64,000 bases of DNA from Escherichia coli (GTDB lineage: Bacteria; Pseudomonadota; Gammaproteobacteria; Enterobacterales; Enterobacteriaceae), in NCBI RefSeq assembly GCF_030013595.1, contig NZ_CP122768.1; one strand, 5' to 3'. The position numbers and the translations under genes were made by a program. Each line of letters begins with the position of its first letter. Positions within the stretch are counted from its first letter, which is position 1. The notes below the pieces were generated by a model. It worked only from the letters and a program-made list of their open reading frames with translations, was not told where the DNA came from and searched no databases. Shown here in pieces: positions 32,391 to 43,389 of the stretch.

Positions 32391-32481
32391 GCCTCAAAAC
32401 AGTGCCGGATGGCGATGCTGTCCGGCCTGCTTATTAAGATTATCCACTTTTTCTTTTTTCACTTTACCTCCCCTCCCCGCT

Positions 32482-32498
32482 GGTTTATTTAATGTTTA
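32482..32498 (+). promoter_or_regulatory. PhoP box in phoPQ promoter (GGTTTA-N5-TGTTTA)
   Basis: GGTTTATTTAATGTTTA about 60 bp upstream of phoP start, matching the known direct-repeat consensus. Confidence 0.7.
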
Positions 32499-32558
32499 CC
32501 CCCATAACCACATAATCGCGTTACACTATTTTAATAATTAAGACAGGGAGAAATAAAA

Positions 32559-33230
32559 ATGCGCGTACTGGTTGTTGAAGACAATGCGTTGTTACGTCAC
32601 CACCTTAAAGTTCAGATTCAGGATGCTGGTCATCAGGTCGATGACGCAGAAGATGCCAAAGAAGCCGATTATTATCTCAATGAACATTTACCGGATATTG
32701 CGATTGTCGATCTGGGATTGCCAGACGAGGACGGTCTGTCACTGATTCGCCGCTGGCGTAGCAATGATGTTTCACTGCCGATTCTGGTATTAACCGCCCG
32801 TGAAAGCTGGCAGGACAAAGTCGAAGTATTAAGTGCTGGCGCTGATGATTACGTGACTAAACCATTTCATATTGAAGAGGTGATGGCGCGAATGCAGGCA
32901 TTAATGCGGCGTAATAGCGGTCTGGCTTCACAGGTCATTTCGCTACCCCCGTTTCAGGTTGATCTCTCTCGCCGTGAATTATCTATTAATGACGAAGTGA
33001 TCAAACTGACCGCGTTCGAATACACCATTATGGAAACGTTGATACGCAATAATGGCAAAGTGGTGAGCAAAGATTCGTTAATGCTCCAACTCTATCCGGA
33101 TGCGGAGCTGCGGGAAAGCCATACCATTGATGTACTGATGGGACGTCTGCGCAAAAAAATTCAGGCACAATATCCGCAAGAAGTGATTACCACCGTTCGC
33201 GGCCAGGGCTATCTGTTCGAATTGCGCTGA
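32559..33230 (+). CDS. phoP: two-component response regulator PhoP
   Basis: 223 aa, [32 protein letters not shown]. Confidence 0.97.
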   Translation: MRVLVVEDNALLRHHLKVQIQDAGHQVDDAEDAKEADYYLNEHLPDIAIVDLGLPDEDGLSLIRRWRSNDVSLPILVLTARESWQDKVEVLSAGADDYVTKPFHIEEVMARMQALMRRNSGLASQVISLPPFQVDLSRRELSINDEVIKLTAFEYTIMETLIRNNGKVVSKDSLMLQLYPDAELRESHTIDVLMGRLRKKIQAQYPQEVITTVRGQGYLFELR

Positions 33231-34690
33231 TGAAAAAATTACTGCGTCTTTTTTTCCCGCTCTCGCTGCGGGTACGTTTTCTGTTAGCAACGGCAGCAGT
33301 AGTATTGGTGCTTTCGCTTGCCTACGGAATGGTTGCGCTGATCGGTTATAGCGTCAGTTTCGATAAAACCACGTTTCGGCTGTTACGTGGCGAGAGCAAT
33401 CTGTTCTATACCCTTGCGAAGTGGGAAAACAATAAGTTGCATGTCGAGTTACCCGAAAATATCGACAAGCAAAGCCCCACTATGACGCTAATTTATGATG
33501 AGAACGGGCAGCTTTTATGGGCGCAACGTGACGTGCCCTGGCTGATGAAGATGATCCAGCCTGACTGGCTGAAATCGAATGGTTTTCATGAAATTGAAGC
33601 GGATGTTAACGATACCAGCCTCTTGCTGAGTGGAGATCATTCGATACAGCAACAGTTGCAGGAAGTGCGGGAAGATGATGACGACGCGGAGATGACCCAC
33701 TCGGTGGCGGTAAACGTCTACCCGGCAACATCGCGGATGCCAAAGTTGACCATTGTGGTGGTGGATACCATTCCGGTGGAGCTAAAAAGTTCCTATATGG
33801 TCTGGAGCTGGTTTATCTATGTGCTCTCAGCCAATCTGCTGTTAGTGATCCCGCTGCTGTGGGTCGCCGCCTGGTGGAGTTTACGCCCCATCGAAGCCCT
33901 GGCAAAAGAAGTCCGCGAACTGGAAGAACATAACCGCGAATTGCTCAATCCAGCCACAACGCGAGAACTGACCAGTCTGGTACGAAACCTGAACCGATTG
34001 TTAAAAAGTGAACGCGAACGTTACGACAAATATCGTACGACGCTCACCGACCTGACCCATAGTCTGAAAACGCCACTGGCGGTGCTGCAAAGTACGCTGC
34101 GTTCTCTGCGTAGTGAGAAGATGAGCGTCAGTGATGCTGAACCGGTAATGCTGGAGCAAATCAGCCGCATTTCACAGCAAATTGGCTACTACCTGCATCG
34201 TGCCAGTATGCGCGGCGGGACATTGCTCAGCCGCGAGCTGCATCCGGTCGCCCCACTGCTGGACAATCTCACCTCGGCGCTGAACAAAGTGTATCAACGC
34301 AAAGGGGTCAATATCTCTCTCGATATTTCGCCAGAGATCAGCTTTGTCGGTGAGCAGAACGATTTTGTCGAGGTGATAGGCAACGTGCTGGATAATGCCT
34401 GTAAATATTGCCTCGAGTTTGTCGAAATATCTGCAAGGCAAACAGACGAGCATCTCTATATTGTGGTCGAGGATGATGGCCCCGGTATTCCATTAAGCAA
34501 GCGAGAGGTCATTTTCGACCGTGGTCAACGGGTTGATACTTTACGCCCTGGGCAAGGTGTAGGGCTGGCGGTAGCCCGCGAAATCACCGAGCAATATGAG
34601 GGTAAAATCGTCGCCGGAGAGAGCATGCTGGGCGGTGCGCGGATGGAGGTGATTTTTGGTCGCCAGCATTCTGCGCCGAAAGATGAATAA
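33230..34690 (+). CDS. phoQ: sensor histidine kinase PhoQ
   Basis: 486 aa; overlaps phoP stop; H-box and ATP-binding motifs. Confidence 0.97.
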   Translation: MKKLLRLFFPLSLRVRFLLATAAVVLVLSLAYGMVALIGYSVSFDKTTFRLLRGESNLFYTLAKWENNKLHVELPENIDKQSPTMTLIYDENGQLLWAQRDVPWLMKMIQPDWLKSNGFHEIEADVNDTSLLLSGDHSIQQQLQEVREDDDDAEMTHSVAVNVYPATSRMPKLTIVVVDTIPVELKSSYMVWSWFIYVLSANLLLVIPLLWVAAWWSLRPIEALAKEVRELEEHNRELLNPATTRELTSLVRNLNRLLKSERERYDKYRTTLTDLTHSLKTPLAVLQSTLRSLRSEKMSVSDAEPVMLEQISRISQQIGYYLHRASMRGGTLLSRELHPVAPLLDNLTSALNKVYQRKGVNISLDISPEISFVGEQNDFVEVIGNVLDNACKYCLEFVEISARQTDEHLYIVVEDDGPGIPLSKREVIFDRGQRVDTLRPGQGVGLAVAREITEQYEGKIVAGESMLGGARMEVIFGRQHSAPKDE

Positions 34691-34765
34691 ATATGTCCAT
34701 ACTTCACGCATTACGTTAAGCATCCGTTATAATCGGTTGCAGATACCAGCCTGTGGATGCTTAAC

Positions 34766-35887
34766 ATGGAATACCAACTCACTCTTAACTGGCCCGATTT
34801 TCTTGAACGTCACTGGCAGAAACGCCCGGTGGTGTTAAAACGCGGCTTTAATAATTTTATTGACCCAATCTCTCCAGACGAGTTGGCGGGTCTGGCGATG
34901 GAAAGCGAAGTCGACAGTCGACTGGTCAGTCATCAGGATGACAAATGGCAGGTCAGCCACGGTCCATTCGAAAGCTACGATCATCTCGGTGAAACTAACT
35001 GGTCATTGTTAGTGCAAGCAGTGAACCACTGGCATGAGCCGACCGCCGCGCTGATGCGACCGTTCCGTGAACTACCGGACTGGCGTATTGATGATCTGAT
35101 GATCTCTTTTTCCGTACCTGGCGGCGGCGTCGGCCCGCATCTCGATCAGTACGACGTGTTTATCATTCAGGGTACCGGACGTCGTCGCTGGCGAGTGGGC
35201 GAAAAGCTGCAAATGAAACAGCACTGCCCGCACCCGGATCTGTTACAGGTTGATCCGTTCGAAGCCATCATTGATGAAGAACTGGAGCCAGGCGATATTC
35301 TTTATATTCCGCCAGGATTCCCCCATGAAGGCTACGCGCTGGAAAATGCGATGAACTATTCCGTCGGTTTTCGCGCACCAAATACGCGGGAACTGATTAG
35401 CGGATTTGCCGATTATGTGCTGCAACGTGAACTGGGCGGCAACTACTACAGCGATCCGGATGTCCCACCTCGCGCTCATCCTGCGGACGTTCTACCGCAA
35501 GAAATGGATAAACTGCGTGAGATGATGCTTGAATTGATCAACCAGCCGGAACACTTTAAACAGTGGTTTGGCGAGTTTATATCCCAGTCACGTCATGAAC
35601 TGGATATCGCGCCACCAGAGCCGCCTTATCAGCCGGATGAAATCTACGATGCGCTAAAACAAGGTGATGTGCTGGTGCGCCTGGGTGGTCTGCGCGTATT
35701 GCGCATTGGCGACGACGTGTATGCCAATGGTGAGAAGATCGATTCCCCGCACCGTCCGGCACTGGATGCGCTCGCCAGCAACATTGCGCTGACCGCGGAG
35801 AATTTTGGTGATGCATTGGAAGATCCGTCATTCCTCGCGATGCTCGCAGCGCTGGTCAATAGCGGGTATTGGTTCTTCGAAGGGTAA
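34766..35887 (+). CDS. roxA: ribosomal protein hydroxylase (JmjC/cupin)
   Basis: ATG at 34766 gives MEYQLTLNWPDFLERHWQKRP, 373 aa (ycfD). Confidence 0.9.
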   Translation: MEYQLTLNWPDFLERHWQKRPVVLKRGFNNFIDPISPDELAGLAMESEVDSRLVSHQDDKWQVSHGPFESYDHLGETNWSLLVQAVNHWHEPTAALMRPFRELPDWRIDDLMISFSVPGGGVGPHLDQYDVFIIQGTGRRRWRVGEKLQMKQHCPHPDLLQVDPFEAIIDEELEPGDILYIPPGFPHEGYALENAMNYSVGFRAPNTRELISGFADYVLQRELGGNYYSDPDVPPRAHPADVLPQEMDKLREMMLELINQPEHFKQWFGEFISQSRHELDIAPPEPPYQPDEIYDALKQGDVLVRLGGLRVLRIGDDVYANGEKIDSPHRPALDALASNIALTAENFGDALEDPSFLAMLAALVNSGYWFFEG

Positions 35888-35902
35888 GTTTGGATTTAAG
35901 CC

Positions 35903-35934
35903 GGATGCGGCATCACATGCCGCATCCCTTTTCG
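35903..35934. terminator. bidirectional terminator between convergent roxA and pepT
   Basis: 11-bp stem GGATGCGGCAT/ATGCCGCATCC then CTTTTCGC. Confidence 0.6.
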
Positions 35935-35935
35935 C

Positions 35936-37162
35936 TTACTTCCGTTGCGCCGTCAACTCGGCAATACGGACGATCACCTGCACCGCTTTTTCCATACCTT
36001 CCAGAGTCACAAACTCATGCTTACCATGATAGTTGTAACCGCCAGTGAACAGGTTCGGGCACGGTAATCCCATAAACGACAACTGCGCGCCGTCGGTACC
36101 GCCGCGGATCGGTTTCAGTTCCGGTTCAATATCGCAGTCACGCATCGCCTGCTGGGCGATATCGAGAATATGCGGATGCTCAACCACTTTCTCGCGCATA
36201 TTGTAGTAACTGTCTTCAATCACCAGTTCAATGTAGCAATCAGGGTGTAACCCTTTGCCCACTTTTTTGGCGATCTCCATCATTTTGCGTTTACGCGCTT
36301 CAAACTGCTTACGATCAAAATCACGAATGATGTAGTGCATATCGGCCCGTTCAACGGTGCCTTTCATGCTCGCCAGGTGATAGAAACCTTCATAGCCTTC
36401 TGTCATTTCCGGGCTTTCATTTGCCGGAACTTCCGCATGAATACGTGCCGCCAGCGAAAGCGCATTTACCATCACTCCTTTCGCCGTGCCCGGGTGAACA
36501 TTGTTACCGACAATTTTGATATTGACCGACGCGGCGTTGAAGTTTTCAAACTCCAGTTCGCCTACGCCACCACCATCAACGGTGTAAGCCCAGCGGGCAT
36601 CGAAGGCGTCAACATCAAAATGTTTCGCCCCTTTGCCCACTTCTTCATCCGGGGTAAAGGCGACGCGAATATCACCATGCGGAATGTTTTTTTGTTGTAA
36701 TACCGCCAGCGCGGTCATGATTTCTGCAATACCTGCTTTGTCATCGGCACCTAACAAGGTTTTACCATCGGTGGTAATCAGCGTCTGACCCAGTAGCTGA
36801 TGCAGCACCGGGAACATAACCGGTGATAAAACTTCATCGCCGATACCCAGCGCAATATCGCCACCGCGATAGTTTTCAACAATTTGCGGATTCACATTTT
36901 TGCCGCTGCAATCCGGTGAGGTATCCACATGAGAAATAAAGCCAATCGCCGGGATATCGCCAGGGACGTTAGCCGGTAACGTCGCCATCAAAGTGCCCTT
37001 CTCACTTAAGGTCACATTGATAAGCCCCATCTCTTCGAGCTGCTCTTTCAGCAGATGCAATAACTTCCATTGGCCTTCCGTGCTGGGAACCTGTCTCACC
37101 CCTGCCTTTGATTGGGTATCCAGAGACACGTAGTTCAAAAATCGCTCAAGTAGTTTATCCAT
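35936..37162 (-). CDS. pepT: peptidase T (tripeptide aminopeptidase)
   Basis: Met at 37162 gives [21 protein letters not shown], 408 aa; track ORF has 14 extra codons. Confidence 0.92.
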   Translation of the reverse strand: MDKLLERFLNYVSLDTQSKAGVRQVPSTEGQWKLLHLLKEQLEEMGLINVTLSEKGTLMATLPANVPGDIPAIGFISHVDTSPDCSGKNVNPQIVENYRGGDIALGIGDEVLSPVMFPVLHQLLGQTLITTDGKTLLGADDKAGIAEIMTALAVLQQKNIPHGDIRVAFTPDEEVGKGAKHFDVDAFDARWAYTVDGGGVGELEFENFNAASVNIKIVGNNVHPGTAKGVMVNALSLAARIHAEVPANESPEMTEGYEGFYHLASMKGTVERADMHYIIRDFDRKQFEARKRKMMEIAKKVGKGLHPDCYIELVIEDSYYNMREKVVEHPHILDIAQQAMRDCDIEPELKPIRGGTDGAQLSFMGLPCPNLFTGGYNYHGKHEFVTLEGMEKAVQVIVRIAELTAQRK

Positions 37163-37411
37163 GTAGTCACCCTCACTTTTTGTGACAACATTATTAAGAA
37201 GCAAGAAAAGACAAACATTGCGTCAGGTCACTTTTACCCCTGCAAGCGGGAATATTTATCAGCATTACCTTAATGAATATAAAGCTAAGCCAGTAATTCA
37301 CAACAAAGATTGGCGATTCAAGCGGTTTGCCGTAGAATTACCGCCCTCATTAAGAGTCACCAAGGTGGTTAACCACAAACCCCGCATCGGTAAGCCATCC
37401 GTTGCGTTTAC

Positions 37412-38548
37412 ATGGGACAGAGTAAAAAATTGAATAAACAACCGAGTTCGCTTTCACCGCTGGTGCAATTGGCGGGAATTCGCAAATGCTTTGATGGTAA
37501 AGAGGTCATTCCCCAGCTGGATCTGACTATCAACAATGGCGAGTTCCTCACGCTGCTTGGCCCTTCTGGCTGCGGTAAAACAACCGTTCTTCGCCTGATT
37601 GCAGGTCTGGAAACTGTTGATTCCGGACGCATCATGCTGGATAACGAGGACATCACCCACGTTCCGGCGGAAAACCGCTATGTGAACACTGTTTTCCAAA
37701 GCTACGCACTTTTCCCCCACATGACCGTGTTCGAAAATGTGGCCTTTGGGTTACGCATGCAAAAAACCCCCGCTGCTGAAATTACGCCCCGCGTGATGGA
37801 AGCCCTGCGGATGGTGCAGCTGGAAACCTTCGCTCAACGCAAACCGCATCAGCTCTCTGGTGGTCAACAGCAACGCGTCGCCATTGCCCGCGCGGTGGTT
37901 AACAAGCCTCGTCTGTTGTTGCTGGATGAGTCGCTCTCAGCGCTGGATTACAAACTGCGCAAGCAAATGCAGAACGAGCTGAAAGCGTTACAGCGTAAGC
38001 TTGGCATTACATTCGTCTTCGTGACTCACGACCAGGAAGAAGCACTCACCATGTCGGACAGGATTGTGGTGATGCGCGATGGTCGCATTGAGCAAGACGG
38101 CACGCCGCGTGAAATCTATGAAGAGCCGAAAAACCTGTTTGTTGCTGGGTTTATTGGCGAAATCAATATGTTTAACGCCACTGTCATCGAACGTCTAGAC
38201 GAGCAGCGCGTACGCGCCAACGTTGAAGGCCGCGAATGTAATATCTACGTTAACTTCGCCGTTGAACCGGGGCAAAAACTGCATGTTCTGCTGCGCCCGG
38301 AAGACTTACGTGTTGAAGAGATTAACGACGACAACCACGCTGAAGGGCTGATTGGTTACGTTCGCGAGCGTAACTACAAAGGCATGACGCTGGAGTCGGT
38401 TGTTGAACTGGAAAATGGCAAGATGGTGATGGTCAGCGAATTCTTCAATGAAGACGATCCTGACTTTGACCACTCTCTCGACCAAAAAATGGCCATTAAT
38501 TGGGTAGAAAGCTGGGAGGTCGTACTGGCTGATGAAGAACACAAGTAA
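37412..38548 (+). CDS. potA: spermidine/putrescine ABC transporter ATPase
   Basis: 378 aa, Walker [10 protein letters not shown] and ABC signature LSGGQQQRV. Confidence 0.97.
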
Positions 38549-39395
38549 GTTCCAGAATGTAGTGATTGTCACTATTGTCGGTTGGCTTGTGTTGTTTGTC
38601 TTTCTGCCCAACCTGATGATCATTGGCACCAGCTTTTTGACCCGCGACGACGCCAGTTTCGTCAAAATGGTCTTTACGCTGGATAACTACACGCGTCTGC
38701 TCGATCCGCTCTATTTTGAAGTGCTATTGCACTCGCTGAATATGGCGCTGATCGCCACCCTCGCCTGCCTGGTGCTGGGCTATCCTTTTGCCTGCTTTCT
38801 GGCGAAGCTGCCACACAAGGTGCGTCCGCTGCTGCTGTTTCTGCTGATTGTTCCGTTCTGGACCAACTCATTGATTCGTATCTACGGGCTGAAAATTTTC
38901 CTCAGCACCAAAGGCTATCTCAACGAGTTTTTGCTCTGGCTGGGCGTTATTGATACACCAATTCGCATCATGTTCACGCCCAGTGCGGTGATTATCGGTC
39001 TGGTTTACATTCTGCTACCGTTTATGGTGATGCCGCTGTACTCCAGTATCGAAAAACTGGATAAGCCGTTGCTGGAGGCGGCGCGCGATCTCGGTGCCAG
39101 CAAGTTGCAGACCTTTATCCGCATCATTATCCCACTGACGATGCCGGGAATTATTGCCGGATGTTTGCTGGTGATGCTGCCAGCGATGGGCCTGTTCTAT
39201 GTGTCCGACCTGATGGGCGGTGCGAAAAACCTGCTGATCGGTAACGTCATCAAAGTACAGTTCCTCAATATTCGTGACTGGCCGTTTGGTGCAGCCACCA
39301 GCATTACGCTGACTATCGTAATGGGCCTGATGTTGCTGGTTTACTGGCGCGCTTCTCGTTTGCTGAATAAGAAGGTGAGCGATATAGATAATTAA
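38532..39395 (+). CDS. potB: spermidine/putrescine ABC transporter permease; extreme C-terminus differs from recalled K-12 and potC does not follow
   Basis: Multi-TM permease; ends ...[12 protein letters not shown]; next 230 bp non-coding then prophage genes; true start may be an internal GTG. Confidence 0.85.
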
Positions 39396-39622
39396 TCCTT
39401 TATATTCAATGAAATAAGTTGGTTTTTAAAGGGTTTTATTGTTGAAGGCAACCGCGTTGTGTCTTTCACCAAAATCAATCAGTTGCGTTCTGGTTTTGGA
39501 GAATGTTTTTTGAGGCTTTTTGTTAAAGCCTGTTATGCATTGCCTCAATTAATAACCGTTTCCCCAGCCCTCCCAACCTTCAAAAGTCGGGAGGGTTCTA
39601 AACACCAGTTGCGATTGATTTA

Positions 39623-40195
39623 TTAGCCAATACCAAACGCTCGGATTGAACCCAAATCCTCCAGATTGTTCAGATCCTCTTTCATTTCACGCTGACGGCG
39701 ATAAATCTCGTCATTGCGATCGACCTGAGCCTGCGCCATTGCTGCCGCCAGCTCCTGAAGCTGTGCCATTGTCAGAGTGACAAGGTTATTTGCTGCATCC
39801 CCCCATCCCAGCGTTGACCGCGTACCTGCAACCTTTGTCGCCATTGCCACGGGCGCAATACGACTTATTGAGTCTGCACCACCATTCCAGGTACGACCGT
39901 TCCATTCGAACGTGAACGGCTGCGCCTCCTGTTCTGTGCGCCATGCTTCGATTTCCTGGCGTTTGGCGGCTTTTGCTGCTTCCAGCATTTCAGGTGATAC
40001 AGTGAACGGGGCTATATCCCCCCATTTACCGCTTTGCAGCTCCTGCCAAATTTGCTGGCCTGTTGTTGCTGTGTCTTCTGGTGTAGATGTGTAGGGGATG
40101 AAATCTTTCATCCCCTCAAATAACACTTCACAGTCAATTGCGCCATTCTCCAGCCTGCGGGCGTTTTTGATTTCTTTTATTTTTATCCCATTCAT
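39623..40195 (-). CDS. putative tail fibre chaperone/accessory protein
   Basis: 190 aa directly downstream of a tail-fibre gene. Confidence 0.45.
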   Translation of the reverse strand: MNGIKIKEIKNARRLENGAIDCEVLFEGMKDFIPYTSTPEDTATTGQQIWQELQSGKWGDIAPFTVSPEMLEAAKAAKRQEIEAWRTEQEAQPFTFEWNGRTWNGGADSISRIAPVAMATKVAGTRSTLGWGDAANNLVTLTMAQLQELAAAMAQAQVDRNDEIYRRQREMKEDLNNLEDLGSIRAFGIG

Positions 40196-41598
40196 CAGGA
40201 AACTCTCACAAACAGACCGAAAATAAAATCGCTGGTCGCCTGAGTGCTGTTGCCCAGAGAGACATAGGCTCCCGAAAAGTGGCGTCCAGTATCCAGCACA
40301 TACCGTGGTGCTCCGTCATTCGACACTATAACAGCGCAGGGAATCAGAGTGCTGCCGCTTACGCTGTCACCACGTTTTATCGTATATTCATCAGTATTTG
40401 CTGCACGGTACGCGGCCTGAGTTAAGCCGCCAACTGCCACATCTCTGAATGGTACGTCGTACCACGGGCCAGCTATGTTATACAGCCATCTCGCACCATC
40501 TATCGCGGTTAAGTTTTGACTCAGGCATGTCCAGCGTATGTTCGTACTGTCCGCCCTGACCTCACAACAATACACGTCCTGATTAACCCCGTTAAAAATG
40601 ACAAACTTATCGCGCCTGTTTTGATTTTCATGCGTTGCTGTTTCCAGCATTTTTATCTCTACCTCTCCGCTAAAAACAACCCCTTCTATAATGTCCTTGG
40701 AATATGGGCCACCATATTGAACGACAAGATAGCGCCCCGGGGGAGTGGTCTGTACCCAAGAAGCAAATGTTGCTGATGTCGCGTATTTATCAAACTCCTT
40801 ACGTTGTGTGGGATACGCGCCATAACCGAAAGCTCCCGGAAGTGCCACACAACCTTCAGTTCGGTTGTAAATGTCTGTTTGTACATCCATCGTTGCAGCA
40901 CTTTTCAACCCCAGATTGTCTCGGGATTCCTGCTGAGCATCTTCCCCCTCTGCTGCAATTTCTGACAGGTGATTCGCCGTTTTCAGCGTTGCAGATAACG
41001 CAACATCAATATCATCTCTGGCCTGCTCTGCATCGGATGCGGCCTGTTTGGCGGCTTCAGCATCCTGCCTGACTTCTTCGGCGGTATCCTCAACCTGCGA
41101 GGCCAGCTGTTCAACGCGCTGCGTGTTTTCCTCCACAGCATTTGTATTCTGCTGAACATTATCTGCCAGCGTTTCAACCTGCTCTTTTATCAGAGCTGCC
41201 GCTTCAGCATGTTGCCCTGCCTGTCGTTCGCTTTCCGCTGCCGCTTCCGCGCTCTGCTGCGCCTGCACCACCAGTTCTTCGAACCGCTTAACAACATCTG
41301 GCTTCAGGTCGCCTTCATCGAGAGCGGTCAGGAAGTCGTTCAGCGTGCCGTGCTTTGAATCGTCGTAAACCGAAATATCACCGACACAATATTCTCTTTC
41401 AATACATGACCGAAGATAAACGTCATATCTTCCGGTCTGAGCCTCAAATGCATATTCTCCTGCCGGCCCCGTCACCACTGTTGCCACCGTTCTCATGACC
41501 ACTGCGGATGTATTCTGTCGGGCTTTCAGAATAATATGGTATCCGGACATGGGGAGTCCCGCACCATCCGTCAGCACACCCGAAATTAATACAGACAT
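40195..41598 (-). CDS. side tail fibre protein
   Basis: 467 aa; conserved prophage tail-fibre N-terminus, long coiled-coil, divergent C-terminal domain. Confidence 0.75.
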   Translation of the reverse strand: MSVLISGVLTDGAGLPMSGYHIILKARQNTSAVVMRTVATVVTGPAGEYAFEAQTGRYDVYLRSCIEREYCVGDISVYDDSKHGTLNDFLTALDEGDLKPDVVKRFEELVVQAQQSAEAAAESERQAGQHAEAAALIKEQVETLADNVQQNTNAVEENTQRVEQLASQVEDTAEEVRQDAEAAKQAASDAEQARDDIDVALSATLKTANHLSEIAAEGEDAQQESRDNLGLKSAATMDVQTDIYNRTEGCVALPGAFGYGAYPTQRKEFDKYATSATFASWVQTTPPGRYLVVQYGGPYSKDIIEGVVFSGEVEIKMLETATHENQNRRDKFVIFNGVNQDVYCCEVRADSTNIRWTCLSQNLTAIDGARWLYNIAGPWYDVPFRDVAVGGLTQAAYRAANTDEYTIKRGDSVSGSTLIPCAVIVSNDGAPRYVLDTGRHFSGAYVSLGNSTQATSDFIFGLFVRVS

Positions 41599-41622
41599 GT
41601 TTATTTCCTGATTCAGAAAACA

Positions 41623-42711
41623 TTAACCAAAATAATTGACGCCTTTTTTCTTGCCACTGGCTTTCCCCTTTGCAGAAATATCCGTGGTCAGTGACAGATT
41701 CAGCGTAAATCCCTGTCCCGGTACCAGTGAAAACTCCACAGACTCAGCCTGCCAGTGATGGTCCTCACGCACACCAAATCCCTGCGTGACAAAACGCATC
41801 TCCGCCCCTGCTTTCAGCAGTTCCGGCCTGCAGGGCAACGTTATCGTCATCTGGCGTCCGACTTTCTGCACACGTTTAACCTTCGACTCTGCACAGTGTT
41901 TTGCGGTGCCCTGGTCAGGCTGGGTAAACGGATGCCGCTTATCTGTTGACTCCACGTCAACTTTAACTTCACGTGTGCGTCCGTCACGGGCATCAAAATA
42001 CCGGACCCCAACTTTCCCGCTCTTTTTATCCCCCTTCGCACCACCCGCAGCGCCCTGTCGCTCACCTTCACGATAATCCCAGTCTGATACCATACCCGGT
42101 GTAATGGTTATCTCAGGCGCATTTCTGCCCCCCGTACTCTGTGATGCCCCGTATTCCAGAAATAACCAGTAGCCATTGGTCGGTTTACTGGTGGCGCCGT
42201 ACATACCTGCAATGCGGGACAAGAGGGCAGCATCAGATTCTGATGACTGCATCACCCACGGGATATGAATATCAGCAAGCACCGATGAGACGCGCGCCAC
42301 CAGATTATTTTCAGTGGCGATGGTGTTCACCAGGTCGCCCAGTGTGATATCGCTGAAAGCCCGGGTTTTCAGTGCGGTCACGTCTGCGCCATGTTTTGAC
42401 GCATTCATGGGGGCTGCGGTGGCATAAATGGTGAGCCGGCGGGGAGGACCACCGCTTGCCACCTGACAGACGGTAAAACTGCCTTTATTGACCAGATTTC
42501 CGTTGAACCCCAGTCCCAGCGTTAGCACCGCGCCTTTCGGTGGTAACGCCAGCGTCTCGCTGAACAGCGTTATCATCAGTTCATCGGACCGCTTTGTGGC
42601 TGCACCATTATCGGTATATCGCAGTTCAGCCAGCCCCCGTTTCAGGGCCTTCGTGATATCCTGGCCTTCCGCTGTCAGGCTGAAATCCGGCTGATATTCA
42701 TTCAGTCCCAT
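41623..42711 (-). CDS. P2 gpD-like tail protein
   Basis: 362 aa; synteny after gpU/gpX. Confidence 0.85.
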   Translation of the reverse strand: MGLNEYQPDFSLTAEGQDITKALKRGLAELRYTDNGAATKRSDELMITLFSETLALPPKGAVLTLGLGFNGNLVNKGSFTVCQVASGGPPRRLTIYATAAPMNASKHGADVTALKTRAFSDITLGDLVNTIATENNLVARVSSVLADIHIPWVMQSSESDAALLSRIAGMYGATSKPTNGYWLFLEYGASQSTGGRNAPEITITPGMVSDWDYREGERQGAAGGAKGDKKSGKVGVRYFDARDGRTREVKVDVESTDKRHPFTQPDQGTAKHCAESKVKRVQKVGRQMTITLPCRPELLKAGAEMRFVTQGFGVREDHHWQAESVEFSLVPGQGFTLNLSLTTDISAKGKASGKKKGVNYFG

Positions 42712-42920
42712 AACTGAAACGTCTCCTTCACTTCCGGTTCATATACCCAGTCCGGCAACACGATTTCCACTCCCGACGGATAGACCGGACCAAGGTCAGC
42801 CAGCCCGGGATTGGCTTCCAGTACCGCCGCCAGTGACTGGTTAAGCCCGGCACTGCCATAGTGTCTCTGACAGATGTCATCCAGCATATCGCCGTCAGTG
42901 GTCCGCCAGTTTTTCGCCAT
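42702..42920 (-). CDS. P2 gpX-like tail protein
   Basis: 72 aa; synteny. Confidence 0.8.
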   Translation of the reverse strand: MAKNWRTTDGDMLDDICQRHYGSAGLNQSLAAVLEANPGLADLGPVYPSGVEIVLPDWVYEPEVKETFQLWD

Positions 42921-43389
42921 AGTATTTCAGCTCCAGTGTGAACGTTTTGTTCTTTGGCGCCCCGCCGGGAAGAAAGGACGTGGTGTTATCTGAATAGGCG
43001 GTTGCCACGAAATACCCCATCACATCGCCTGTACTTGAGACCAGTAACTGCGGGGCCGGATTGTCATCCACCATCTGAACCAGCGTATCAAGGGCATCCA
43101 TTCCCACACCGTCACGAAATCCCGCATGCACCATGCCTTCAAGGGTTATTGTTCTGGCCCCCTTACCGGTATACTGCAGCAGGTCGTTTTTTCCGATAAG
43201 CTGCTGTTCATCCCATCGCCATTCCATAGTGCGCTTCATGGCGTTATAGGCTGCCGTATCAATACTGAATTCAAACTCACCAAACGACAGCATGACGCGG
43301 GAGGCGACATCCGTTAATGAACCCACCGCATCCCATGCTTCACGTTCAAGCCGGTTTACGCCCCAGCCCAGCAAATCCACCATGTTCAC
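42895..43389 (-). CDS. P2 gpU-like tail protein
   Basis: 164 aa; synteny after tape measure. Confidence 0.8.
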   Translation of the reverse strand: MNMVDLLGWGVNRLEREAWDAVGSLTDVASRVMLSFGEFEFSIDTAAYNAMKRTMEWRWDEQQLIGKNDLLQYTGKGARTITLEGMVHAGFRDGVGMDALDTLVQMVDDNPAPQLLVSSTGDVMGYFVATAYSDNTTSFLPGGAPKNKTFTLELKYYGEKLADH

